64,000 nt of DNA from Styela clava (GCF_964204865.1 NW_027556593.1:1-64000), one strand, 5' to 3'. Shown: positions 22,456 to 33,000, counted from the stretch's first letter. A program made the numbers and translations. Notes: generated by a model not told the origin, from the letters alone.

Positions 22456-23010
22456 TTATTTATATTTAGTCTTTTCTATATAATGTTTAATACATAATAC
22501 TTGATATTTATCAGCGTCTCCAACCAAATTATTACTGTCGTTGTGTAAAATGTAATTAGAATATGCTTTTTCATCGCATTCGAAACAACGAGCTTCGTCT
22601 AATTGGTAACGAACGTCAGCAAATCTTCCAACGTATTCTTGAAAAAAATATCGTGGATCTGTCTTATATAATGTCAATAGACAAAATACAAGAGTAATAC
22701 GACGGCGTTGTAAGTTTGGAATTTGTTGTAGAAACTCATATGGATAAAAGTGAAATTCATCAAAAAATAGAACATTGTGTCCTTTAGCTATGGCATCTTC
22801 AATTTTATTTGTCAAATCGATATGATCACGAAAAGTGATAACTGGTCTAATTTGACGTGTTTCTCTTGTTGTTCCTTCTAATTGAAAAATTTGTGGTTCT
22901 TCAATACCTCATTCTGCGATAAGCTTTTTTAACTTTGTCGTCTTTCCTGCTCTCATGATTCCTTCGATTGAAATAATGAGCCCTTTATTCAATAACTCTT
23001 GTTTGAACAT
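22456..23010 (-). CDS. Thymidine kinase-like protein
   Basis: IEGIMRAGKTT, VLFFDEFHF, RCFEC, YQVLCIKHY; GGAGG RBS. Confidence 0.78.
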
Positions 23011-23055
23011 TGTTTTTTTTCCTCCTGTGTTCCTTTTTTTTTTATTTTTTTTGTT

Positions 23056-23212
23056 TGCTGGCAGAGAGACGAAGCCTTGACGTTTACCAAGACCTCGTCA
23101 TAAAACCGGCCGTAATATGACCGGTTAAGGTGAATGAAACAGTGACTTTGAAAATAAAAAGATAAAGGAAAGGAAATTGTCGCTTAAGCTAGTTGTCACT
23201 GCCTCTTCACAA
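23056..23212 (-). ncRNA. Putative structured leader or small RNA (three hairpins)
   Basis: Intergenic stems 23130-46/23195-210, 23104-26 and 23068-99. Confidence 0.45.
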
Positions 23213-23263
23213 TAATATACATGGTAAAAAAAATAAATTGTGTTTCCTTTTTGCATCTTTTTT

Positions 23264-23665
23264 TTATCTTTTTTTTTCTTGTTTTGTAATTTCCTTTTCA
23301 AACTTTTTGAGCATGTCCTTAAATATCATTTGATGTAGAAAATCATATCCAAATTCTTTATCAAACTTTTTTTCAGGCATGTCTTCTCGTCATTCAGCGA
23401 AAACAACATTCAACCGGCATAGTTTTTTAGTGTCGCAACTTACCATAACCTTAAGGTCAAATGATTTATCCTCGTCTTTACGTTGTTCGAAATTCATGAA
23501 GAACACAACTCTTTTACTGTCGTTATCATCTCAACTGGTGTTTGTGTATATTCATTTTCGATGTTTTTTTGTAATTTCCTTACTGATTTTTTCAAAATAA
23601 TCATGAAACTTCAAATTTCTCTGATTCATTTTTGAATTAAATTTTTCTACTTGTTTTTTTGTCAT
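23264..23665 (-). CDS. Hypothetical protein
   Basis: Code-4 ORF MTKKQVEKF... Confidence 0.55.
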
Positions 23666-24452
23666 ATATTTCATTATTCTTCTCCTTTATATTTATACGA
23701 TCCTCTTTTTTTCGTGAATTTTTGATTAGCTATTTCTTTTCTAATTCTATTAATTGTCTTTATTTTTTCAACGTTTTCTTTTTCTCAATCAAGAACAGCA
23801 TATACACCAATAAATATTTTGGGATTATCGCCTTTTTTTCAAGTTGAAAGTTTTGTTTTTGCTAAGTTAACAAGATTTTTTCGACATCTATTGAAAGCGC
23901 TACGTGAAACTTTATTTTTCATGTAAGATGGGTAATTATTTGTTGATTCATCGGCTTCATTATAGTCTTTGTTAAAATATTTTTGTGAAATTTTTCAAAC
24001 TTTTTTCATACGAATATTTTCAAAATCATAACTATATAATCTATTTCAATTTTTAGCTAGTATAATTGAACTCATTTCTTTTCTAATAGTTTTTTTAAAT
24101 TCTTCAAGATAATCATCTAATTTTTCAAAATCCTCAAGTATTAAATAAACTTCGATTTTGTTATTATCACTATCTTCTAAATGATATCATCGTCTAGGTT
24201 TTTTTTCTAAAATATGAATATTAAAGTTTACAAAGTCAAATCTATGACCCATAGACTCAATAGTGACGACAAAACGACCTCTCAAAGGTTCATGTGGTGA
24301 CTCATCCCAGCTCATTCAATCACAATAAACCATACCACAATTCATTTTTTCAACAGCACTAATAAGTGTATTTTCCATTTTTTTTTCTAATTGTTTTAAT
24401 TCGTCGTAAGATATTTTTTTATATTTTCCATTTCCATCCGAAAAATTTGACA

Positions 24453-25049
24453 TTATTCTTTTCCTCCTTTTAGATATTTAATAATATAATCTATTTTTTT
24501 TTCAACCTCTAATAATCGTTCTTCTGTAATTGCACCGCTACTTGTTGGGTGAGGTACCGCCATTTGAATTAATCTCTTCATGGTCTTAAAAGCCGGTAAA
24601 TTGGGAAATCTATATTTTTCATTTTTGTTTCATCATTTGTTATGTTCATACGTGTATTTATCATCATCCCTTACTGTACTAGTACAGCTTTCTCACACGC
24701 TATTAATGTATTTTAAACTCAAGTATGCGTCTTTTAAGTTAAAAGGTTTAGGTAATAAATTAGCATATCCATTCAATTCATAAAAATCTTCATCTTTATT
24801 TTTTATAATACAGTTACCGTTTGTTAATAGTGGTGTGGCTGACATATAAACACCTGTTTTGTGTAAGCTATATAATCTAACAACATATAATTTATTGTTG
24901 TATATAAACATATCTAATTTTTTATATTTTTTTTTAGAATCGTAAAGTGGAACACCTTTTTTGATGAAAGCCACTTGTTCTTTTGTCAATTGTCATTCTC
25001 AAATATGATCCGCGTTGTGTTTTAGTGTTGTTTCTTTATTTTTTGTCAT
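24453..25049 (-). CDS. Stand-alone copy of the repeat domain found in the giant virion protein (198 aa)
   Basis: WQLTKEQVAFIKKGVP...PFN...LSLKYINSV...FPNLPAF aligns by eye with the repeats at 38704, 39889, 40438 and 42217. Confidence 0.75.
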
Positions 25050-25570
25050 TATTTTTTCCTCCTTTTTCAAACGTTTTAACTGTTACGTAAAAACCTTTTT
25101 TTGCTCAAACAGTATTGTCTTCGTCCCCTTTTGGTGATCATATTGTACTTTCAATACTAGTTCTAGCATCATATTCAATTTTTAAATCTCATAGTATACT
25201 TTCCAATTTATCCAACTCTTTTTTGTTTTTCATTCAAATTTTATATGTTTTCATTATTCTTTTCCTCCTTTGTTATCTAATAATTCTTTTTTAATTAATT
25301 TTTCTTTTTCTTCTTTGATCAATCTTTTCAATTCAATAATATCTTCGTGACCTAACAAAATACATATAGCAGGTATAGTACCTAAAATTGGTATTAATAA
25401 AAGAAAAGCTGTATATATACGTATATTTCTAACTTTTTTTCATAATTCTTTATATTTTGTTTTTACTATTAATGTTGCTTTTTCGTTGTATCTAGCTTCT
25501 AATGATTTGTTGCTGTTATTGTTTGATGATCCTAAGGCAAATCCTATTAATCCACTTGTAAAATTATCCA

Positions 25571-25906
25571 TTATTCTTGACCTCCTTTATTTTTTATAAT
25601 CATAATTATACAATAAACAATAAGTAATGCTCCAAATACTCCTGCTGAAATACCAGAGTTGATAACTTTTGTGGTTAATCTACCAGCATCTCGAAGATCT
25701 CTCGCTACTATATCTATTACTTTTGAATTTGTATACCCTGCTGTAGATTTTACATTTTTAACTCCTATAGTTTCAGTAATATATACTTCCCTATCTACGA
25801 TACGTTGTTGTAGTTTAGAATAAAAAACACCTACACATATCAAAGAACTTACAAGTCCTAACGTAGTAACTCCTACGATTAAACCATCTGTTTTATTAAA
25901 TTTCAT
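25571..25906 (-). CDS. Two-TM membrane protein
   Basis: Hydrophobic ends; TAATG-coupled. Confidence 0.7.
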   Translation of the reverse strand: MKFNKTDGLIVGVTTLGLVSSLICVGVFYSKLQQRIVDREVYITETIGVKNVKSTAGYTNSKVIDIVARDLRDAGRLTTKVINSGISAGVFGALLIVYCIIMIIKNKGGQE

Positions 25907-26078
25907 TATTCTTTTCCTCCTATTGTTTTAAATAATTTTTTAATATTTTTTTCTTGTTCTATACTTTTTTCTGCGTTATGATTAATACATTCACCTAACT
26001 TTTTAATGTCTTCATGATTTGCTTTAATCATCTTTTCAAAATTTTTCAATAATTGAATAATAGTTTCATTTTTTGTCA

Positions 26079-26450
26079 TTATTCTTTTCCTCCTAATTTG
26101 TTTATTATTTTTTCACATGTGTCTACGGTCTTTTCAAGAATATCTTTTTTAGGTAGTTTTACATGTTTTAAACGTTCTCTTAATGGCATTTTATTCAACT
26201 CACTATCTGGCATATCGCCGGTTGTGTTCATTGTTGCCTTATTCATAGCGTACACTGATAAAGGAAACATTAACATCATAACAGAAGAAATTGTTAATGA
26301 AAAACAGCAAACAATAGCTATGAGTTTTAAATTTGTATTATGTAATTCTACTATTCCAAAAATTGAAAGAGAAAAAACTATAATAAAAAACACCAACAAT
26401 AATATATCATAAACATTTAATTTATATTTTTCGTTAATTTGTACATCCAT
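26079..26450 (-). CDS. Two-TM membrane protein
   Basis: Hydrophobic segments; TAATG-coupled. Confidence 0.7.
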   Translation of the reverse strand: MDVQINEKYKLNVYDILLLVFFIIVFSLSIFGIVELHNTNLKLIAIVCCFSLTISSVMMLMFPLSVYAMNKATMNTTGDMPDSELNKMPLRERLKHVKLPKKDILEKTVDTCEKIINKLGGKE

Positions 26451-27065
26451 TATTTTTTTCCTCCTTTTAGGTTTGATCCTATATATTTTACAACAGCGCT
26501 TAAAAGTTTCACTGTGTCATTTTGATTGTGAATTAGTTTTGTTATTTGTAACTTCATTAATTCAATTTCTTTTCGTGAATTATTTTCCATTGGTTTTTTT
26601 CTCCTTAGAAGTGATCTTATCTGTTTTCTTCTTTATTTCTATATTTTTATTATATCACATTATTTTTTTTCTTTCATTATTTTTTTCCTCACTCTCAGGG
26701 AGGTCCTCTTCTTGTTGCGATAATATCTTCATAATTATCTATACAATGTTTAAATGCTATAATCATATTTTTATACTGCTCTTGCATATCCATTTCTTTT
26801 TGTATTCTTTCTTCACATTCATCGTAAAGTCTGCTACTATTCGCTAAATGTTCTCTCAATAAGTTTAAATCGAGACCCCATGGGACAATGCTATTTTCAA
26901 TCTCATATATATATTCTTCTACTGTCTTTTTTTTTACTGGTTGGTTTTCACCATCTTTTTCCTTCATTTTTTGAATTATTGCTCACATAAGCAATTGTTT
27001 ATAAAACTTTAAACTTTCGTATTTTTTTATTACGTTATCCACGTAGTTTTCTACTTTTTTGTACA

Positions 27066-28319
27066 TTATTTTTCTTTTCCTCCTTTTGAAATAATCAAAT
27101 GTTTTTCTCATAATTTTTTAAATTTAATCATGTCTAATTTGAAACTATTTTTCTTACTTATTAATTTAATCAATAATAAAGGTACTCCTTTTGATGTAAC
27201 CAAATCAAATATTTTTTCTCCTTTTAAAACATAACCTTTTTGTATGTTTAATAAATCACTTACTGTTTTTGTTGTCATTATTTTTCAAAAAACCTTTTCT
27301 TCTTTCATTACTATTGTATCATATTCTTTTTCGAAAAGTTTAAATAAAAATGGTCCTCGATAATTTAAGAAGTAACCACGCATTGAAGCATTTCGAATTA
27401 AATGTCGTACAACCGAACCGTGACGTTTTTTGAAATCAATATATTTTTCTTTAATCAAGTCTTTCAAACAATATTTTATCGCTAATACATGATCACAAAT
27501 AATTTTAACATTGATATCATTTGTAGTTTTCTTTTCAATTTTGTCAGCAATATCAGTGTATTCTTTCAACTGGAAAGGTGTTTTAAAGTTGTTAACAACA
27601 ATCAACAATCTTTCCAATCCGGCTCCAGTATCTATATTTTTTTTGTTTGACATAGTATAATTACCTTCACCATCATTTAACATATAAGAAAATACAACGT
27701 TTCATATTTCTAAATATCTGTCATTATCAATATTTTCTTTCAATAAATCAATTCCTTTGTTTTCTTTATCTAACTGCTGTCCCAAATCATAAAAAAATTC
27801 AACATTTGTTCCACATGGGCCAACTCCTAAATCTCAAAAATTAGTTGTTTTATCTCCTGAAATCAAATGGTCTTCTTCAACACCTATATTTAACAATATT
27901 TGTTTAGTTTCATCGTCCGAAAACAAATACGTAATGTACAATTTTTGAATGTCCAAATTCAATCATTTTGGCGATGTTAAAAATTCTAATGCTCACGTTA
28001 ACGATTCTTTTTTTTGATAATCATTAAATGAAAAGTTACCTAACATGCGAAAAAACGTTAAATGTCGATTAGTTTTACCTATTAAAGAGATGTCGTTTGT
28101 TCGTATTACATCTTGTACGTTAAAAAGTCGTGAATGCGGTGGTGTTTTTTCTCCTAAAAAATAAGGTCTCAACGCTGAAACGCCTCTCAACGCTGAAACG
28201 CCTGAATTTACAAATAATAATGAACCTTCTTTGTTAATTATCGATTTGTTTTCTATTTTAAAATGTTTCTTTGAAGTTCAAAACTGACTTCATTTTTCTA
28301 TTAATTCTGTTTTATTCAT
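27066..28319 (-). CDS. alaS: Alanyl-tRNA synthetase, aminoacylation half only (417 aa; no editing or C-Ala domain)
   Basis: LLFVNSGV, Q..IRTNDI..IG...RHLTFFRMLGNFSF.DY.K, NFW..G.GPCG..EFFYD, RYLEIWNVVF, IDTGAGLERL, IICDH; own RBS and coupled stop. Confidence 0.93.
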
Positions 28320-28349
28320 TTTGTTTTTTTCTTTTCTCCTATATTTTTA

Positions 28350-28604
28350 TTATAACATACTTTTTTTTATTTTTGTTTCTAATTTTTCAATTCAATACAA
28401 AGCCACCGGAATCACGACGGCAAGCCCTAACAAAATACGGCCCAACCAATCACCTACCTCGCGTACATTCGATACTGTAATACCATAAATATATAGTACA
28501 TATATTACGCCCATATATATAAATATAATAGTGAGTGCGATTACAGTTGTAAGCAACAACAACCACACCAGATTAAACAATATGGTTAGTGTTTGTTTAT
28601 TCAT
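28350..28604 (-). CDS. Small membrane protein
   Basis: Two hydrophobic stretches. Confidence 0.6.
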
Positions 28605-28995
28605 GTCCAAATCAACCTATGTTATCCAGGCAAATTACAGTAAAAAATGCTAATGCTGGGTTAAATACAAACAATAAACCTAAATTATCAACCGAAGTAA
28701 TATCTATTGTTAATGCCAATACTATACACATGTTTAAATGCGTAAGATAAATAGCCACTATAACCACACCTAAAAAATTAAATACTTCTTTTCTAGTTAT
28801 TGGTCAGAAATTATCAATAACGTCTATCAAGAACATACCAATAAACATTGCCACTATTCACGTCACGGATAAAATAAATCGCACGTAGTCCAACGTCGTA
28901 TTGAATCCTGAGCCCTCGTATATGTTTCAAATACAAAAGCCCAATATTCCAAAGTACGTAATTACTGCCAATCACCCTATAGTTTTGTCTTTCAT
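28597..28995 (-). CDS. Multi-pass membrane protein (132 aa)
   Basis: Code-4 ORF, AAGGAGG RBS, about 4 hydrophobic segments. Confidence 0.65.
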
Positions 28996-29168
28996 GTCTT
29001 TTCGACCTCCTTTTAAATTATTGTACCATACTTTATTAATATTTCTGTCAAAATAAAATAATAATTGCTGTGAATGCATAAAAACACCTCTGCCACAGCG
29101 AAAAAATTAACGGCAAAAAAAATTAATAAATGTTTGTTCATATTTTTCATAATTATATTGTACCACAA

Positions 29169-29540
29169 NNNNNNNNNNNNNNNNNNNNNNNNNNNNNNNN
29201 NNNNNNNNNNNNNNNNNNNNNNNNNNNNNNNNNNNNNNNNNNNNNNNNNNNNNNNNNNNNNNNNNNNNNNNNNNNNNNNNNNNNNNNNNNNNNNNNNNNN
29301 NNNNNNNNNNNNNNNNNNNNNNNNNNNNNNNNNNNNNNNNNNNNNNNNNNNNNNNNNNNNNNNNNNNNNNNNNNNNNNNNNNNNNNNNNNNNNNNNNNNN
29401 NNNNNNNNNNNNNNNNNNNNNNNNNNNNNNNNNNNNNNNNNNNNNNNNNNNNNNNNNNNNNNNNNNNNNNNNNNNNNNNNNNNNNNNNNNNNNNNNNNNN
29501 NNNNNNNNNNNNNNNNNNNNNNNNNNNNNNNNNNNNNNNN
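29169..29540. other. Assembly gap (N run)
   Basis: Run of n. Confidence 0.99.
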
Positions 29541-29744
29541 AAGGCCTCCAAAACGCCCAAAAAGCCCCTTTTTAAGCCATTTTAGGCCCTTTTTAGCTTT
29601 TTTTGGTACTTTTTCCGGTGTTTTCATTTGGTCATTTCCGACCCCTCCACATGCTCAAAATCGACCCATTAGGTGGCCAAACAGAGGCGGAAGGTTGAGG
29701 GTGTGGGGTTTGGTTCATTTATTCATTTTTTGGCTTCCTTTTTT

Positions 29745-29870
29745 CGTTTTCTCGTTTTCTTGTTTTCTTGTTTTCTTGTTTTCTTGTTTTCTCGTTTTCT
29801 TGTTTTCTCGTTTTCTTGTTTTTGTCTTTTTCGTTTTCTGTTTTTGTCTTTTTCGTTTTCTGTTTTTTTT
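29745..29870. repeat. 8-bp tandem repeat TTTTCT(T/C)G, degenerate distally
   Basis: ttttctcg/ttttcttg array directly downstream of the 29893-29921 promoter. Confidence 0.85.
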
Positions 29871-29892
29871 CTTCTTCTTCTTTTCTAATTTT

Positions 29893-29921
29893 ATTATATA
29901 CCAAAATTTTTAATTTGTCAA
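29893..29921 (-). promoter_or_regulatory. Consensus sigma-A promoter
   Basis: TTGACA-17 nt-TATAAT. Confidence 0.85.
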
Positions 29922-30260
29922 GTGTTTTTTTTAATTTTTTTTGATTTTTTTTGGCTTGTTTTTCCTTCTGATAATGCCATTTTTTCCCTTTTGCTAATTT
30001 TTTTTTTGCTTTTTCTTATATTTATTTTATACCTTTTTTTTTATTTGTCAAGTATTTTTTATTTTATTTTTTATTTTTCGATTGTTAAATTTAGGCCCTT
30101 TTTTTTTGCGTTCAATGGTTTAGGTCGTTTTTTTTAATTGCGGGCCTGTTTCGCGTTGTTCAATTTTGAAGGTGTAAAATTAAGCCCGTTTTTTTTTTTG
30201 ACGGCATAAATTACGTATTTTATTTTTTCGCGTCTAATTTTCATAGTGCCCAAATGCGCA

Positions 30261-30287
30261 AAAAAAGCCCGGAGATTCCGGGCCTTT
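30261..30287 (-). terminator. Intrinsic terminator
   Basis: AAAGCCCGGA-ATC-TCCGGGC-TTTTTT on the minus strand. Confidence 0.8.
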
Positions 30288-30378
30288 CTGCTTGTCGCGG
30301 TGGTGCTGTTGGTGGGTGGTTTTAAATGTAAACGCTCGGGGTGTCTTCGTCGTCGCCGTCCACATTTTCGGCCTCTCT

Positions 30379-30708
30379 TTATTCGTCCCAATTTTCGGCG
30401 AATTCTTCCAGTTCTTCGCGTCATTCGCGCGATTCCTTCGCGTAGTCGTCCGCTCCTTCTGCTACGTGTTCCGCTTCGGCTTCACGGAGTAGGTCCGCGG
30501 TCGAGTAACAAGCTGAAAAAATGGTTTGGGTGATTTCTTCGGCTTCGTCCGGTGTTATTTCGTTAAATTTTTCATTGCTTCATTTTTCCGCCATTTCTTC
30601 GCTAATGTTTCCCAATGTGTGGGCTACGTCGTCGACAATGTCGGGGTAATCCAATCCCTCAAAATCATTTTTTAACTCTTCCAATTCCTTAATTGTTCAT
30701 TTTGTCAT
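30379..30708 (-). CDS. Highly acidic early protein (109 aa)
   Basis: MTKWTIKELEEL...EEFAENWDE; AAGGAG RBS; missed by the ORF track. Confidence 0.75.
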
Positions 30709-30775
30709 TTTCTAAAATCTCCTTTTTTTAATTATATCATATTTTAATTTAATTTGTTTTGTTTTTTTGTTTTTC

Positions 30776-31171
30776 TTATCTTTTAAACGGTTCGAAATCC
30801 ATTTTTTCAGGCTCGAAATCTAAAAGCTCGTTCAATCTAATTGAAAAATCAATTAATTTTTTCGCATTTTCAACGTCTTTTTTTGCCAATCGCTTTTTGG
30901 TTGACGTGTTGGCTTCGTCGCTTAATCCTTTACAAATTGCCAAAATTTCAAATTTGAAGGCGTTAAAAGTTGAAGGGGTGAGGTTATCGGCTTTAATTTT
31001 TTTATCAATTAATTTTTTAAATATATTTTTTTTATGGTCGGAATAAATCGATTTTAAACCTAAAAAATAATCGAAACGCTTTTTTACTTCTCCACCCCCT
31101 CAATTCTTTAAAATCTTGTTTTGTAAGATATCGCAAAATTTCGTTTGGTTTTGGCGTGCTAATTTATTCAT
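30776..31171 (-). CDS. Hypothetical early protein
   Basis: Code-4 ORF with AAGGAGG RBS. Confidence 0.65.
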
Positions 31172-31736
31172 TTTTTGCCTCCTTGTCTCATCTTTTCGTA
31201 AACTCTTCAATTTCTTTTAAATATTTTTGAAATTTCGGCGTTGGATTGGCTCGGCATTCTTCCGCAACAATTCGACAACTTGCAAAAATTCATTGTTTTA
31301 ATTCCTCCCATTGTTCAGCGTCCAAAAAATCAACCGTATAATTTTCCCGCAACACTTCGGCAAATTCGAATTTTAAACCATTTAAAACAATATCGAAAAA
31401 ATCCGGATAATTTAAATTAAAAAAATTATCTAAAAAATTTAAATTGCGATTGTCAAAATCAATTTGTTTTTGCTCTTCTTCGCTAAAAATTGAATAAGGC
31501 CAACAAATTACGAAATCGGCCAAAAAGTCGCGGATTTCTTCGCATTGTTCGCGGTCACCGCTTGCGCATTGGTGGCCAAATTTATTAATAATTTTTAATA
31601 ATCGGTTTTTTTCGTCCTCCTCGTCCCTACAGTCCAAACCTCGCAAATTTTGCGTAATGCTGTAAGTGCTTAAATTTTCGGCACATTCAACCGGCATTTT
31701 ATCGGCTAAATATTCTTGAATTTCTTTTTTTTCCAT
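31164..31736 (-). CDS. Acidic early protein (190 aa)
   Basis: Code-4 extension of ORF 31290-31736. Confidence 0.7.
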
Positions 31737-31833
31737 GTCTTTTTTTCTCCTTTCCGGGCTTTCTGCCCTATCTTTATTTATTTATTTACTTGCTTTTTAA
31801 TACTTGGGGAGGCTCTCCCTCCCCCGTGTGGGG

Positions 31834-32058
31834 TTATTGTTCCCACTTTGCCACGAAATCCGCCACCTTGTCGCTAAAAAACTGGATCGCTTGACTTTCG
31901 AAGCTGTCGGCTTCTTCGTCGCAATCAAATTTAGCATTTTTTAAAACTTTAAAGGCTTCGGCTTCATTCAATCCGTCAACCTCTCCAATAATTAATTGGT
32001 AGTGGTCCAATTCTAATAATTCCTTTAATTCATTTTTAAATTGTGTTTTGTTTTCCAT
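31834..32058 (-). CDS. Small acidic early protein
   Basis: ORF with AAGGAG RBS behind a consensus promoter. Confidence 0.75.
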   Translation of the reverse strand: MENKTQFKNELKELLELDHYQLIIGEVDGLNEAEAFKVLKNAKFDCDEEADSFESQAIQFFSDKVADFVAKWEQ

Positions 32059-32135
32059 TTTTAAAATCTCCTTTTTTTTTCTTTTCTTTTATTAAAATTT
32101 AATTTGCTTTTTTCTTTCCCTCTTTCTCTAATTAT

Positions 32136-32163
32136 ATTATAAACCTTTTTTTTATTTTGTCAA
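32136..32163 (-). promoter_or_regulatory. Sigma-A early promoter
   Basis: TTGACA-16 nt-TATAAT. Confidence 0.75.
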
Positions 32164-32776
32164 TAGTTTTTTTTATTTTTTTTTTGGGCTACTTTTCGCC
32201 CTGCTGTAGCCAATCGCTGAAATATTTTAAATTTTTTTTGGTTTTTTTTCGGTTTTTATTGTGTTTTTTTTGTTAAAATTTTTCAGCTTTTCAAAAAATG
32301 AAATTGAAAAATCAAAAAAGCCCCTTTTTAAGCCAATCGGTGAAACCGAAAAGGCCCAAAACTCATTTTGCCCTGTGTTTAAGCCAATAAATAGCGGTTA
32401 GGTCGACTTTTCCCAGTGTTTAAGCCAATAAATGACGGGAGAAACTAGAATATGTCCGTTGATGAGAAATACTTCGTCTCGTGTTCTCTATTTTTATTGG
32501 ACTGTTAATTTTACTTGAAGCTCGGGACAAGGCAGTATGTACCAAAAGGGCCTAAGCTAATAATTTGTTATATATATCTCATAATATATAATGCATTGAT
32601 AATCTATTTTTTTTTAAATGCAAATTGTTCCACATTTATCCTCGTGAACTCATGGCGGTGAAAGCGATACAATTGAGATTATTTTCTGCTGTTTGCGCAG
32701 CGCACACATGAGAATATTGTGATGCAAAATGGTGATCTCACTAGCAGCTGATATGGGAATAGGATTTAAGCACGCC

Positions 32777-33000
32777 GAGCGAAAAAGTTTAAGAGTTTAA
32801 GAGTTTTCGCAAAACTTCTTCCATTTTAAAAATAAAAATATATATATAATTAAAATAATAAATATATAAAACTTTTTGAAAAACTTTTAAACTTTTAAAC
32901 TTTCCCACTTTTTCGCTCTAAAATGGCTTGAACAGTGGCAAAACTGGCGGTTTAATAGTTTAAAAGTTGTTGCCAAATAGTTTAATAGTTTAAGAGTTGA
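32777..33000. repeat. Inverted 8-mer arrays around an A/T-only core; candidate replication origin
   Basis: GAGCGAAAAAG/CTTTTTCGCTC inverted pair; AGTTTAAN and AAACTTTT arrays. Confidence 0.55.

Noticed and set aside
18776-27083. CRISPR array or integron attC sites
   Set aside because: The repeats are RBS-stop-start junctions separated by whole genes; they are not palindromic, and no cas operon or integrase is seen
29013-30137. Track ORFs spanning the N gap and the 8-mer repeats
   Set aside because: Artefacts of Ns and low-complexity sequence
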